Position numbers and translations under genes: made by a program | In this document: in pieces, positions 55,691 to 64,000 of the stretch | Layout: the number at the start of each line of letters is the position of its first letter | Position numbering within the stretch: position 1 is the stretch's first letter | Notes under the pieces: generated by a model | Databases searched by the model: none | What the model was told of the DNA's origin: nothing | The model's input: the letters and a program-made list of their open reading frames with translations, nothing else | Assembly (NCBI RefSeq): GCF_000027125.1 | Contig: NC_017626.1 | Origin: Escherichia coli 042 | Lineage (GTDB): Bacteria > Pseudomonadota > Gammaproteobacteria > Enterobacterales > Enterobacteriaceae | Strand: one strand, 5' to 3' | DNA length: 64,000 bases

Positions 55691-57694
55691 TTAACGAACC
55701 AGGTGCAGGAAGTGCAGGTGTTTTTCGTACTGGTCCAGTATGTCATTAATCAGCTGTTCCTGGTTCCAGCCCATCACATCATAATTTTGACCGCCTTCTT
55801 TGAGATAAACCTCAGCGCGATAATATCGATGTTGTTCAGTCTGCTGCTCATCATTATCCATTGCGGCGAGCGCGAAGGTCGGTGAGATATACCCGCGAAG
55901 CCTCACTTCATATATAAAATTCAGCTCGTTGCCCAAATCGACTTCAAGACGAATACGATCGTCGACTGCATCACTAATGTGGCTTATCGTCCCCTGCTTG
56001 TTCAGTTCCTCCTGAACCAGCGTCATGGCAGGCTGGATAACGTCGTCCATAAAACGTTTCACAAGAGATCGCTTCGGCAGATACGCGATATTGCGTAACC
56101 TTCTCTGCCAAGGAATTGGGTTACGTGCAGCCGTAGGAGCAATTGTCGCCATGCTCAGGCTTTCACGCTTGGTCAAATCCCGGCGCAAAGCTTTTAAAAG
56201 TCCGTATATAGATATTAGTAAGATCACTGAGAAGGGCAATGCACTCGCTATTGTCACCGTTTGCAGCGCACTTAGCCCTCCGGCAAGGAGAAGCGCAATT
56301 GCAACAATGCCCATGAGCGAGGCCCAGAATATTCGCTGCCAGACGGGTGTGTTTGCCACTCCACCTGATGCCAGAGTATCCACAACCATTGCCCCCGAAT
56401 CAGCAGACGTTACAAAGAAGACGATGACCATCGCCATTGCAATGAATGACAGCACAGAAGAGAACGGGAAATGCTCCAGGAAATTAAACAGGGCCAGCGC
56501 CACATCCTGCTGAACAGTATTGGCGAGGTCTGTGGCCCCCTGGTTCATAATGAGATAGATCGCGCTGTTACCAAACACCGTCATCCACATTAGCGTAAAA
56601 CCCGCGGGAACAAACAGCACGCCGGTGACAAACTCGCGAATGGTTCGCCCGCGGGAGACCCGTGCGATGAACATCCCCACAAACGGCGACCATGAAAGCC
56701 ACCATCCCCAGTACAGTAATGTCCAGCCCCCCAGCCAGTTGCTCGACTTGGGCTCATACGCGTAAAGGTTGAACGTTTTACTCACCAGTTCCGAAAGATA
56801 ACCGCCCGTATTTTCCACAAATGACTTCAGCAGAAGCACGGTTGGTCCCAGACACAGGACCAGCGCCAGGAGCAACAAAGCCAGACCCAGATTGAGTTCA
56901 GACAGGATACGTATTCCCTTATCCAGACCGGACACCACTGAAATCGTCGCTAACCCCGTGATGACCACGATCAGAATTACCTGCACCGTTTCATTGATGG
57001 GCACCCCGAAAAGATGGTTCAAACCGGCATTCACCTGCAAAACACCGTAACCCAGTGATGTCGCAACGCCAAAGACCGTGCCTATAACAGCGAAAATATC
57101 AACCGCATGTCCTACAGGTCCGTATATGCGATCGCCAATAATGGGATAGAGTGCGGAGCGCAGAGTTAAAGGCAGACCGTGACGGTAACTGAAGAACGCC
57201 AGAATCAGCGCCACAATGGCATAAATTGCCCATGCGTGCAGTCCCCAGTGGAAAAAGGTCAGACGCATTGCTTCCTTAGCTGCCGCAACGGTTTCTGGAG
57301 TGCCAACGGGTGGCGAAAGATAATGCATTACAGGTTCGGCAACGCCAAAGAACATCAGGCCGATCCCCATCCCTGCCGAAAAAAGCATCGCAAACCAGGA
57401 GTGGTAGCTGAAATCAGGCTGCGCATGGTCCGGGCCCAGCTTGATATCACCGTAGCGTGAGAGTCCAAGGAACGTGACACTCAGTAAAATCAGGGCTACA
57501 GCAAGGATGTAGAACCAGCTGGCATTCGTGAAGATTTGTTGCTGAAGTAGTTTAAAATTTTTGTCGGCGACATCCGGGAATACGGCGGCAAAGGCGACAA
57601 GAAGGAAAATTAGCAAAGCAGATGTAAAGAATACCGCTTTGTTAATCTGACTTGTAGACTTCTTTGGGATTGTATCATTTTCACTCATAATCAT
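55691..57694 (-). CDS. BCCT-family transporter (BetT-like choline/betaine carrier)
   Basis: 667-aa ORF with the BCCT signature WTLLYWGWWLSWSPFVGMFIARVSRGRTIREF and a long cytoplasmic C-terminal tail as in BetT. Confidence 0.85.
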   Translation of the reverse strand: MIMSENDTIPKKSTSQINKAVFFTSALLIFLLVAFAAVFPDVADKNFKLLQQQIFTNASWFYILAVALILLSVTFLGLSRYGDIKLGPDHAQPDFSYHSWFAMLFSAGMGIGLMFFGVAEPVMHYLSPPVGTPETVAAAKEAMRLTFFHWGLHAWAIYAIVALILAFFSYRHGLPLTLRSALYPIIGDRIYGPVGHAVDIFAVIGTVFGVATSLGYGVLQVNAGLNHLFGVPINETVQVILIVVITGLATISVVSGLDKGIRILSELNLGLALLLLALVLCLGPTVLLLKSFVENTGGYLSELVSKTFNLYAYEPKSSNWLGGWTLLYWGWWLSWSPFVGMFIARVSRGRTIREFVTGVLFVPAGFTLMWMTVFGNSAIYLIMNQGATDLANTVQQDVALALFNFLEHFPFSSVLSFIAMAMVIVFFVTSADSGAMVVDTLASGGVANTPVWQRIFWASLMGIVAIALLLAGGLSALQTVTIASALPFSVILLISIYGLLKALRRDLTKRESLSMATIAPTAARNPIPWQRRLRNIAYLPKRSLVKRFMDDVIQPAMTLVQEELNKQGTISHISDAVDDRIRLEVDLGNELNFIYEVRLRGYISPTFALAAMDNDEQQTEQHRYYRAEVYLKEGGQNYDVMGWNQEQLINDILDQYEKHLHFLHLVR

Positions 57695-57798
57695 TTATTC
57701 CATTAATTAAATTCGCACTGGATAGAAGGTACTACCTCTCACAAAGTAGCAAAGTTCAACTGGCTATGCGGCGTTAATCGGAATGCATGGTGGAATGT

Positions 57799-59045
57799 TG
57801 AGGTGTACTGGCAATAGCGGACACTACCATTTGTTCTTTTTTTAAGCAGCCATCTGATGATATTTTTCCCTGAAGGCTGCCGGGGAGATATTCCCCAGAC
57901 GAGAGTGACGACGCTGACGATTGTAGAAAATCTCAATGTATTCCCGTATTACTGAGATGGCTTCATCCCGGTTATTAAAACGATAGTGGCTCAGGCTCTC
58001 ATTTTTCAGCGTTCCCCAGAAGCTTTCCATCGGAGCGTTGTCGTAACAGTTACCTTTACGCGACATTGATGTTTTCAGACCAAACTGCTCCTGTATGACC
58101 CGGTAATCGTATGCGCAGTACTGTGAACCTCGATCAGAGTGGTGGATTAGCCCGGCAGGTGGGCGCTGGCTCCTGAGCGCCATAAACAGGGCTTTACCTG
58201 TCAGCTCTTTTGTCATGCGCTCTCCCATGGCGTAGCCGACAATTTCGCACGTATAAACATCTTTGATGCCAGCGAGGTACAACCATCCCTCCTGTGTGGC
58301 AACATACGTCAGGTCCGCCACCCAGACCTGATTTGGTGCTGTAGGAGCGAACGTCTGGTTCAGCAGATTTGGCGCAACTGGCAGATTGTGGTTCGAGTTC
58401 GTAGTCGCTCTGAACTTGCGTTTCTGCTTACAGCGTAGCCTTAGCTCCTTACGAAGACGTGCCAGTCGGTCACGACCAACGATGATGCCATTCTCTGCCA
58501 GCTCCGTCTGGAGCCGCCGGGTTCCATATGTTTCGCGAGTGCGGATATGTGCCACCTTAATCTCCAGTTTTAGCCGCTCATCACTTTGTTTTCTGTCTGA
58601 GGGTTCATGCTGTACCCAGTTGTAATAACCGCTCCTGGATACACCAAATACCTGACACATCGCTTCAATGGGAAATTGTTGTCGCCATTGTTCGATTAAC
58701 GCGTATTTTTCAGCGACTCCTGTGCAATTTAATATATCTCGCTCAAGGCGAGCTTCATTTAACGCCTTACGCAGTTGCAGAATTTCAGATTCCAGTTCAG
58801 CCACCGTGCGGGAACCAGGAGTACCGAGCCCTTTTCTGGCGGCGGTAACCCATTGTCCTAAAGTGCCTTCAGGAAGAGATAATCGGGAAGCACCTTCACT
58901 GATCGAAAGTTGATTTTCAAGAACCGTTCTGACAGCTTCGGCTTTGAACTCTTTAGAGTAACGTTGGGTTTTTCTGCTCATTATTAGCTCCTTCTGATGC
59001 CATTCTATTTCAGGAAGGAGTGTCCGTTAAACTCAGGCTACCTCA
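57799..59045 (-). mobile_element. IS600-like element (IS3 family), 1247 bp
   Basis: Termini are TGAGGTGTACTGGCAATAGCGGACACT (57799) and AGTGTCCGTTAAACTCAGGCTACCTCA (ending 59045). I found no clear 3-bp TSD. Confidence 0.8.
57842..58981 (-). CDS. IS600-type transposase as a single in-frame OrfA-OrfB fusion (379 aa)
   Basis: MSRKTQRYSKEFKAEAVRTVLENQ... (OrfA HTH) runs without a stop into the DDE domain (...HSDRGSQYCA...YDNAPMESFW...). The junction reads ERDILNCTGVAEKYALIEQW. Confidence 0.8.
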   Translation of the reverse strand: MSRKTQRYSKEFKAEAVRTVLENQLSISEGASRLSLPEGTLGQWVTAARKGLGTPGSRTVAELESEILQLRKALNEARLERDILNCTGVAEKYALIEQWRQQFPIEAMCQVFGVSRSGYYNWVQHEPSDRKQSDERLKLEIKVAHIRTRETYGTRRLQTELAENGIIVGRDRLARLRKELRLRCKQKRKFRATTNSNHNLPVAPNLLNQTFAPTAPNQVWVADLTYVATQEGWLYLAGIKDVYTCEIVGYAMGERMTKELTGKALFMALRSQRPPAGLIHHSDRGSQYCAYDYRVIQEQFGLKTSMSRKGNCYDNAPMESFWGTLKNESLSHYRFNNRDEAISVIREYIEIFYNRQRRHSRLGNISPAAFREKYHQMAA

Positions 59046-59161
59046 TTGGTTCCCACTACTTATTTGGTGGACACCACTTTGTCTAATTCGTCAGATTCTG
59101 ACCAGACGGTTCAGGCTGTACGCTTACAAACAACTAGTGGAAATACTTGTACTTTATAATT

Positions 59162-60106
59162 TCAAGGGTACGGGTCCGCTTCGTTTGATTTGCGTGTTTT
59201 TAACAATTTTAAAACCCAGACATACTGTTCCGGATGTGGCCCCACCAAAATTTCCACTGTTTTGTTCATTTGTCGGGCAATCATTTTATTGTCCGCGCTG
59301 GCAATGCAAGCATCCATTGGTGGCCGAATTTCAATAGTCAGGAGATGTTTTTTTTCATCATAAACCGGGAAAAGTGGTATAATCATAGCCTGACTGATGT
59401 TCATCAGACGTCCAATGATTGGTAATGTCGCTTTATAGGTCGCAAAAAAATCAGCAAATTCACTGTATTCAGGACCATGATCCTGATCTGGGAGGTAATA
59501 TCCCCAGTATCCCTGGCGTACTGACTGAATAAATGGTTTTATCCCATCCTCCCGGGCATGTAAGCGCCCCCCGAATTTACGCCGTACTGAATTCCAGACA
59601 TAATCAATCACTGAATTTCGTTGCTGATGAAACATGGCGGCCATTTTTTTTCCCTGAGCTGCCAGCAACATTGCAGGAATATCCACGCTCCAGCCATGGG
59701 GAACCAGAAAAATCACATTTCTATTATTGTGTCGAATTTCCTCAAGAATTTCGAGGCCTTTCCAGAACACTCGTTTCTGGAACTTTTCCGGACCACGAAT
59801 TGCCAGTTCTGCCATCATCACTATGGATTGCAATGCTGTGGCAAACATTTTGTCGACAATTATTTCCCGTTCTGTATCACTCTTTTCTGGGAAACAAAGC
59901 GATAAATTAATCGTCGCCCTGCGACGAGCTTTTTTGCTCAATCTGCCCGCCCAACGCCCTATTTTTGCCAAGACAGGATCTCTGAATGAAGGGGGAAACA
60001 TTGAAATACCTGCAATCATTCCCAAAAGGAACCATGTAGACCAGTAAACAGGGGAAAGGTAATTTTTCTTAAATTCAGGAATAAACTCAGATTTATATTT
60101 TTTCAT
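59162..60106 (-). CDS. msbB2: Lipid A late (myristoyl) acyltransferase, LpxM paralog
   Basis: 314-aa ORF collinear with LpxM as I remember it (IPEF...YW, LVPHGWSVDIPAMLLAAQG, GYWGYYLPDQDHGPE). It is last in the shf-capU-virK-msbB2 order. Confidence 0.85.
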   Translation of the reverse strand: MKKYKSEFIPEFKKNYLSPVYWSTWFLLGMIAGISMFPPSFRDPVLAKIGRWAGRLSKKARRRATINLSLCFPEKSDTEREIIVDKMFATALQSIVMMAELAIRGPEKFQKRVFWKGLEILEEIRHNNRNVIFLVPHGWSVDIPAMLLAAQGKKMAAMFHQQRNSVIDYVWNSVRRKFGGRLHAREDGIKPFIQSVRQGYWGYYLPDQDHGPEYSEFADFFATYKATLPIIGRLMNISQAMIIPLFPVYDEKKHLLTIEIRPPMDACIASADNKMIARQMNKTVEILVGPHPEQYVWVLKLLKTRKSNEADPYP

Positions 60107-60170
60107 TATTTAGTGCGAATGCCTCTACCAAAATTATCATTACTGTTTTATTCAGAGAATACATCAAACC

Positions 60171-61121
60171 TTAATTTAAATTCTGATGTTCTGAGTGTAC
60201 AGGATATGCATCCAAAGAGCGGATAGTAGTTTCATGGATATAATCCAGCAAAGCGTATCGTTTTCGGTACTCAGAGCGTTTTTTACTGGCTATATCGCTT
60301 AGCGGCTTTCGAATCACCTGGGTTGGTAATCTGTACCAGTCACCACAGGTTTTTCCTGCTACAGACTCCCAGAAATCACTATAGACCGCAACAAAGGTTT
60401 TGCGTTTCTGATACCAGTATCTCAATTGCCGGAAAACATGACTGTGCTCACTGACTGCCAGACACTCAGAGATATTGCAAGCTTTCATCAACGCACAAAA
60501 TGCTTCAAAAATAATCCGTTTTGGGAAAATCCCATAACAGGCCCGGGTTGCGCACCGAATAACATCAGGTCCGGTATTTTTAGGGGCTCCCTGTAATCCG
60601 CCAATAAAAGCAATGTGTCCATTTTGAGTCAGAATGACTGAAAATGTTAACCGGGCAATAACTGTTTTATTGTAAAACAATGACAACATCAACTCTCCTT
60701 CCCGGTCAAAACCACTGGGAGAACACTGGATATCAAAATTCTCTCCATCTTTCCCGATGAATTGGACTAATGATACCGATTTTTGTGGAAACAAAAATTT
60801 AGAATATTTTTCTGGCAAATTTTGCACAAAGCGATAATGCTCAAGAATATATTGTCCACGGGTCCAGGCGCGCCCCCCTTTATGCAAATAAGGGCGATGA
60901 ATTCTTGCTGGCAACGTGGGGTGTATTGCCAGAATATCCTCAATGCACGGCAAGGAACGCAGTTCATAATAATATCGAATACTGACAACCGGATTTATAG
61001 AACATCGCAAAATGTACATGAACCGAAATTTTCTGTGTTCCCACTTCCCCGGTAGTGAATCTGAGGAAAAAATAATCCTTTTAAGGAAACCGATAAATGA
61101 TAAGTTACTTATAGAAAACAT
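60171..61121 (-). CDS. virK: VirK-family protein (DUF535)
   Basis: 316-aa ORF between the glycosyltransferase and msbB2, the position and size I recall for Shigella/EAEC virK. Confidence 0.75.
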   Translation of the reverse strand: MFSISNLSFIGFLKRIIFSSDSLPGKWEHRKFRFMYILRCSINPVVSIRYYYELRSLPCIEDILAIHPTLPARIHRPYLHKGGRAWTRGQYILEHYRFVQNLPEKYSKFLFPQKSVSLVQFIGKDGENFDIQCSPSGFDREGELMLSLFYNKTVIARLTFSVILTQNGHIAFIGGLQGAPKNTGPDVIRCATRACYGIFPKRIIFEAFCALMKACNISECLAVSEHSHVFRQLRYWYQKRKTFVAVYSDFWESVAGKTCGDWYRLPTQVIRKPLSDIASKKRSEYRKRYALLDYIHETTIRSLDAYPVHSEHQNLN

Positions 61122-61125
61122 ATTG

Positions 61126-62214
61126 TTACGTTTGCTTCGCTAATGTGAGTATTTTTAACGCAGTTTTATTAATATCAAACCGCTCTTCTATATCCTGTTT
61201 TGCCAGGCGAGCCATCTGATAAAAACGCCCAGGGTCATTAAAAAAATCATTCAGGGCGCACATCCATGCGTGCTTATTACCTGCTGGTAACAATGTCCCG
61301 GTCTGGTTGTTCTGAATAACCTCAGGGATTCCACCAATCTGAGTGGCCACTACAGGCACAGAAAATGCCGATGCTTCTGCCAGCACCATACCAAAAGATT
61401 CGTTTTCTGAAGGCAGAACCACCAGACTGGCAACCCGATATACGGGGGCGGCAGGAAAAACATTGTCAGCAATAAAAACATCATCATGCATGCCCATACT
61501 GTCAATCTGATACTGTAAATGTTCCCGCAGTTCAGGTGAACCAGACCCCACAATCAACCAACAGAACTGTCGTCCATTCATTTTTAAATGGAACAGTAAA
61601 TTCAACATAAATTCGTGCCCTTTTTCCGGGCGCAACATTCCTACCTGAGCAATTACGGGGCATCCTCTTCGGGACGCCAGCCAGGAAAGAACACTCGGAG
61701 GCAAACTGTTTCGGGAATCAACGTATAATTCCTGGAAATCAAAGCCAGGAGGCACAACAGTAACCCGAGTTCGACATCCTTCCTGCTCCAGATGTGTCTT
61801 CATATTTGTTCCGGGAACAATCACCTCATCGCAAAAATGATTTATTGAAAAAAATTTTGTTTTTCGTGTCAAATATGTCTTTTGCCTGATAATTCTGAAT
61901 GGATGTTTCCAGGTAAAAAACCGTACCAAACCAACAATATTACTATCATGTCCACTGTGACAAACGATTGCATCGGGCTGAAAACTATGAACTATTCCGA
62001 GTAATCTCCATACAGTAGGAATGTGAAGACTGTTTCGAAATAACGCGAATGTGATATCAATTCCAAACTTACTGGCTTCAAAAGCAATTTTGCTGTTCTC
62101 CCTGCAGACAAGCAGAACTGAATGCCCCATTTTCTTCAGGGCCTTCATTTGAGCAACAGCCTGTAATTCCTGACCACCTATATTCGGTGATGATTCCGTA
62201 AATAGTATATTCAT
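61126..62214 (-). CDS. capU: GT4-family glycosyltransferase (CapU/RfbU-like hexosyltransferase)
   Basis: 362-aa ORF with a C-terminal E-x7-E-type motif (ENESFGMVLAEA). Confidence 0.8.
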   Translation of the reverse strand: MNILFTESSPNIGGQELQAVAQMKALKKMGHSVLLVCRENSKIAFEASKFGIDITFALFRNSLHIPTVWRLLGIVHSFQPDAIVCHSGHDSNIVGLVRFFTWKHPFRIIRQKTYLTRKTKFFSINHFCDEVIVPGTNMKTHLEQEGCRTRVTVVPPGFDFQELYVDSRNSLPPSVLSWLASRRGCPVIAQVGMLRPEKGHEFMLNLLFHLKMNGRQFCWLIVGSGSPELREHLQYQIDSMGMHDDVFIADNVFPAAPVYRVASLVVLPSENESFGMVLAEASAFSVPVVATQIGGIPEVIQNNQTGTLLPAGNKHAWMCALNDFFNDPGRFYQMARLAKQDIEERFDINKTALKILTLAKQT

Positions 62215-62216
62215 TA

Positions 62217-63038
62217 TTAGTCATCCGGTAATCTTGGCCCCTTATGAAGGGCCAGCAACGATGAAAAAAACGGTGTTGTATAATAAAAAAGTCGTCTTTT
62301 CAGCCATACGCAATTTTCCCGTTCCTTGGTGCTTATTCTTCCTATCCGTGTAGTTCCTTTAGCAGGAGCATTCATTCTTCTTTCTGTTGTATATAAATAA
62401 TGGAATCCAAGTTCTTCAGCGATCTGAATATAATCCTTGTTATAATAACCTTCCGGCCAACACAAATGTTTACTGCATTTTCCTGTCATTTTTTTTAAAT
62501 ATTCTCTCCCGCTCAGTAAGTCCTGCCGAAGATGTTTACACTGTTCTTCTCGTGAAGTGAACTTTTTATCCCAACGTGTATGAGTATGTGTATGAACATG
62601 AAATTCGACCAGACCAGATTGCAACATTTCGTTCACTTCAGACCAGCGAAGCATAACATTATCAGCATTCCCGGTTGCTATTTGATGTTCGCAATCGCGA
62701 TGAGAATATTCCTTTCCAGGAGAGTGACGAACCGGACCATTTCCAATAAAACTGGTAATTAAAAAAATATGTGCCTGGAGATTAAACTCGTTTAATAAAG
62801 GATATACCTGAAACCAGTTGTCAAGGTATCCATCATCAAATGTCAACATAACGCTTTTACGGGGAAGTTTTCCGCCCCGATAAAAAAACTCCAGTTCATC
62901 TGATGACAGTGTTTTCCAGTTGTTTTCAGCCAACCATTTCATTTGTTTCCGGAATGTCTCGGGAGAAAGTGTAACCAGTCCTGGGCAATGGCTGACATGA
63001 TGATACATTAATACCGGAACATGATTTGCTTTAAACAA
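62217..63038 (-). CDS. shf: Polysaccharide deacetylase (NodB-homology, IcaB-like) Shf
   Basis: 273-aa ORF with the NodB motifs LTFDDGY and HTHTH. It is the first gene of the four-gene cluster. Confidence 0.8.
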   Translation of the reverse strand: MFKANHVPVLMYHHVSHCPGLVTLSPETFRKQMKWLAENNWKTLSSDELEFFYRGGKLPRKSVMLTFDDGYLDNWFQVYPLLNEFNLQAHIFLITSFIGNGPVRHSPGKEYSHRDCEHQIATGNADNVMLRWSEVNEMLQSGLVEFHVHTHTHTRWDKKFTSREEQCKHLRQDLLSGREYLKKMTGKCSKHLCWPEGYYNKDYIQIAEELGFHYLYTTERRMNAPAKGTTRIGRISTKERENCVWLKRRLFYYTTPFFSSLLALHKGPRLPDD

Positions 63039-63202
63039 AATGCCTCCTCCGTTTAAAATTTAAAGTTTCTGGCACCCAGTAAGTAGAGATAAAAGGAAAG
63101 CCTAATAAAGTTGGTGAACTTTATATACTACTAAATCAAACATCAACAATTTATAAACAATAATATATTATCATATCTTTTAAAAACGGCTCACTAAGAA
63201 CC

Positions 63203-63547
63203 TTGAGGTGGCACACTAAATTTAGCTACCTGAACAGAGGTGATATGCTCACCTCAGAACAACACAGGTGCCATAATGAAAAAAGAAATTTCAGCGCAGA
63301 GTTTAAACGCGAATCCGCTCAACTGGTCGTTGACCAGAAATACACCGTGGCAGATGCAGCCAGCGCTATGGATGTCGGCCTTTCCACAATGACGCGATGG
63401 GTGAAACAATTACGTGATGAGCGGCAGGGAAAAACACCAAAAGCCTCCCCCATTACCCCGGAACAAATTGAAATCCGTGAGCTCAGGAAAAAGCTACAAC
63501 GTATTGAAATGGAAAATGAAATATTAAAAAGGCTACCGCGCTCTTGA
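63203..63547 (+). pseudogene. IS911-type OrfA frame; the canonical ATG is out of frame
   Basis: The frame encodes ...[51 protein letters not shown]...[11 protein letters not shown]. The ATG at 63276 is followed by only six A and is out of frame with this sequence. Confidence 0.6.
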
Positions 63548-64000
63548 TGTCAGACTCCCTGAACAGTTTTCGATAATCGGGAAACTCAGGGCGCGTTATC
63601 CTGTGGCCACTCTCTGCCATGTGTTCGGGGTCCATCGCAGCAGCTACAAATACTGGAAAAACCGTCCTGAAAAACCAGACTGCAGACGGGCTGTATTACG
63701 CAGCCAGGTACTTGAACTGCATGGCATCAGCCACGGCTCTGCCGGAGCAAGAAGCATCGCCACAATGGCAACCCAGAGAGGCTACCAGATGGGGCGCTGG
63801 CTTGCTGGCAGACTCATGAAAGAGCTGGGGCTGGTCAGTTGCCAGCAGCCGACTCACCGGTATAAGCGTGGCGGTCATGAGCACGTTGCTATCCCGAATC
63901 ATCTTGAGCGACAGTTCGCCGTAACGGAACCAAATCAGGTGTGGTGCGGTGATGTGACCTATATCTGGACGGGTAAGCGCTGGGCGTACCTCGCCGTTGT
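63204..64000 (+). mobile_element. IS911-like element (IS3 family), 5' part; it runs off the window end
   Basis: IRL-like TGAGGTGGCACACTAAATTTAGCTACCTGAACAGAGGTG at 63204, followed by orfA- and orfB-type frames. Confidence 0.8.
63567..64000 (+). pseudogene. IS911-type OrfB (DDE transposase) frame, partial
   Basis: My translation gives [78 protein letters not shown]...[20 protein letters not shown]. It is open to the window end and lies +1, not -1, relative to orfA. Confidence 0.6.

Overview
The window is an Escherichia coli chromosomal segment. Positions 1-25.5 kb match, from memory, the K-12 gene order treB-treR-mgtA-ridA-pyrIB-yjgH-bdcAR-tabA-yjgL-argI-rraB-yjgM-yjgN-valS-holC-pepA-lptFG-yjgR-ahr-leuX, except that the idn (GntII) genes are missing between yjgR and ahr. 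A genomic island starts at tRNA-Leu(CAA) leuX (25438-25522) with a P4-type integrase and runs to the window end; I found no attR repeat. The main candidate for a new system is the island's first cargo block, an AT-rich stretch at about 27.0-37.2 kb. It holds an sspB-sspC-sspD-like DNA phosphorothioation operon (DUF4007 / large P-loop ATPase / PP-loop PAPS-reductase-like, minus strand). That operon converges on a tightly coupled two-gene operon: a 794-aa protein with two GHKL ATPase modules (N-terminal MORC/Hsp90-like, C-terminal histidine-kinase-like with an H-box), then a 616-aa protein with a divergent receiver-like N-terminus and an unrecognisable ~400-aa C-terminus. I see no SspE-, SspFGH- or DndFGH-like partner, so this kinase-like/receiver-like pair may be an undescribed PT-linked or stand-alone defence effector. 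That role is inference only. The rest of the island is an IS-riddled mosaic. It contains a LacI-family regulator with three palindromic operators and an orphan UlaABC-type PTS, the deoQ/deoKPX deoxyribose locus, and a decayed ilvBN-like paralog. It also contains IS2 with an IS66-family element nested in its right end (both TSDs intact), a TetR gene split by IS100 next to a yhdH-like pseudogene, and a DUF2254 protein with a BetT-like BCCT transporter. An IS600 copy carries an in-frame orfA-orfB fusion. It is followed by a chromosomal shf-capU-virK-msbB2 locus, which I recall as usually plasmid-borne, and by a decayed IS911 at the window end. I found no CRISPR array or rRNA.
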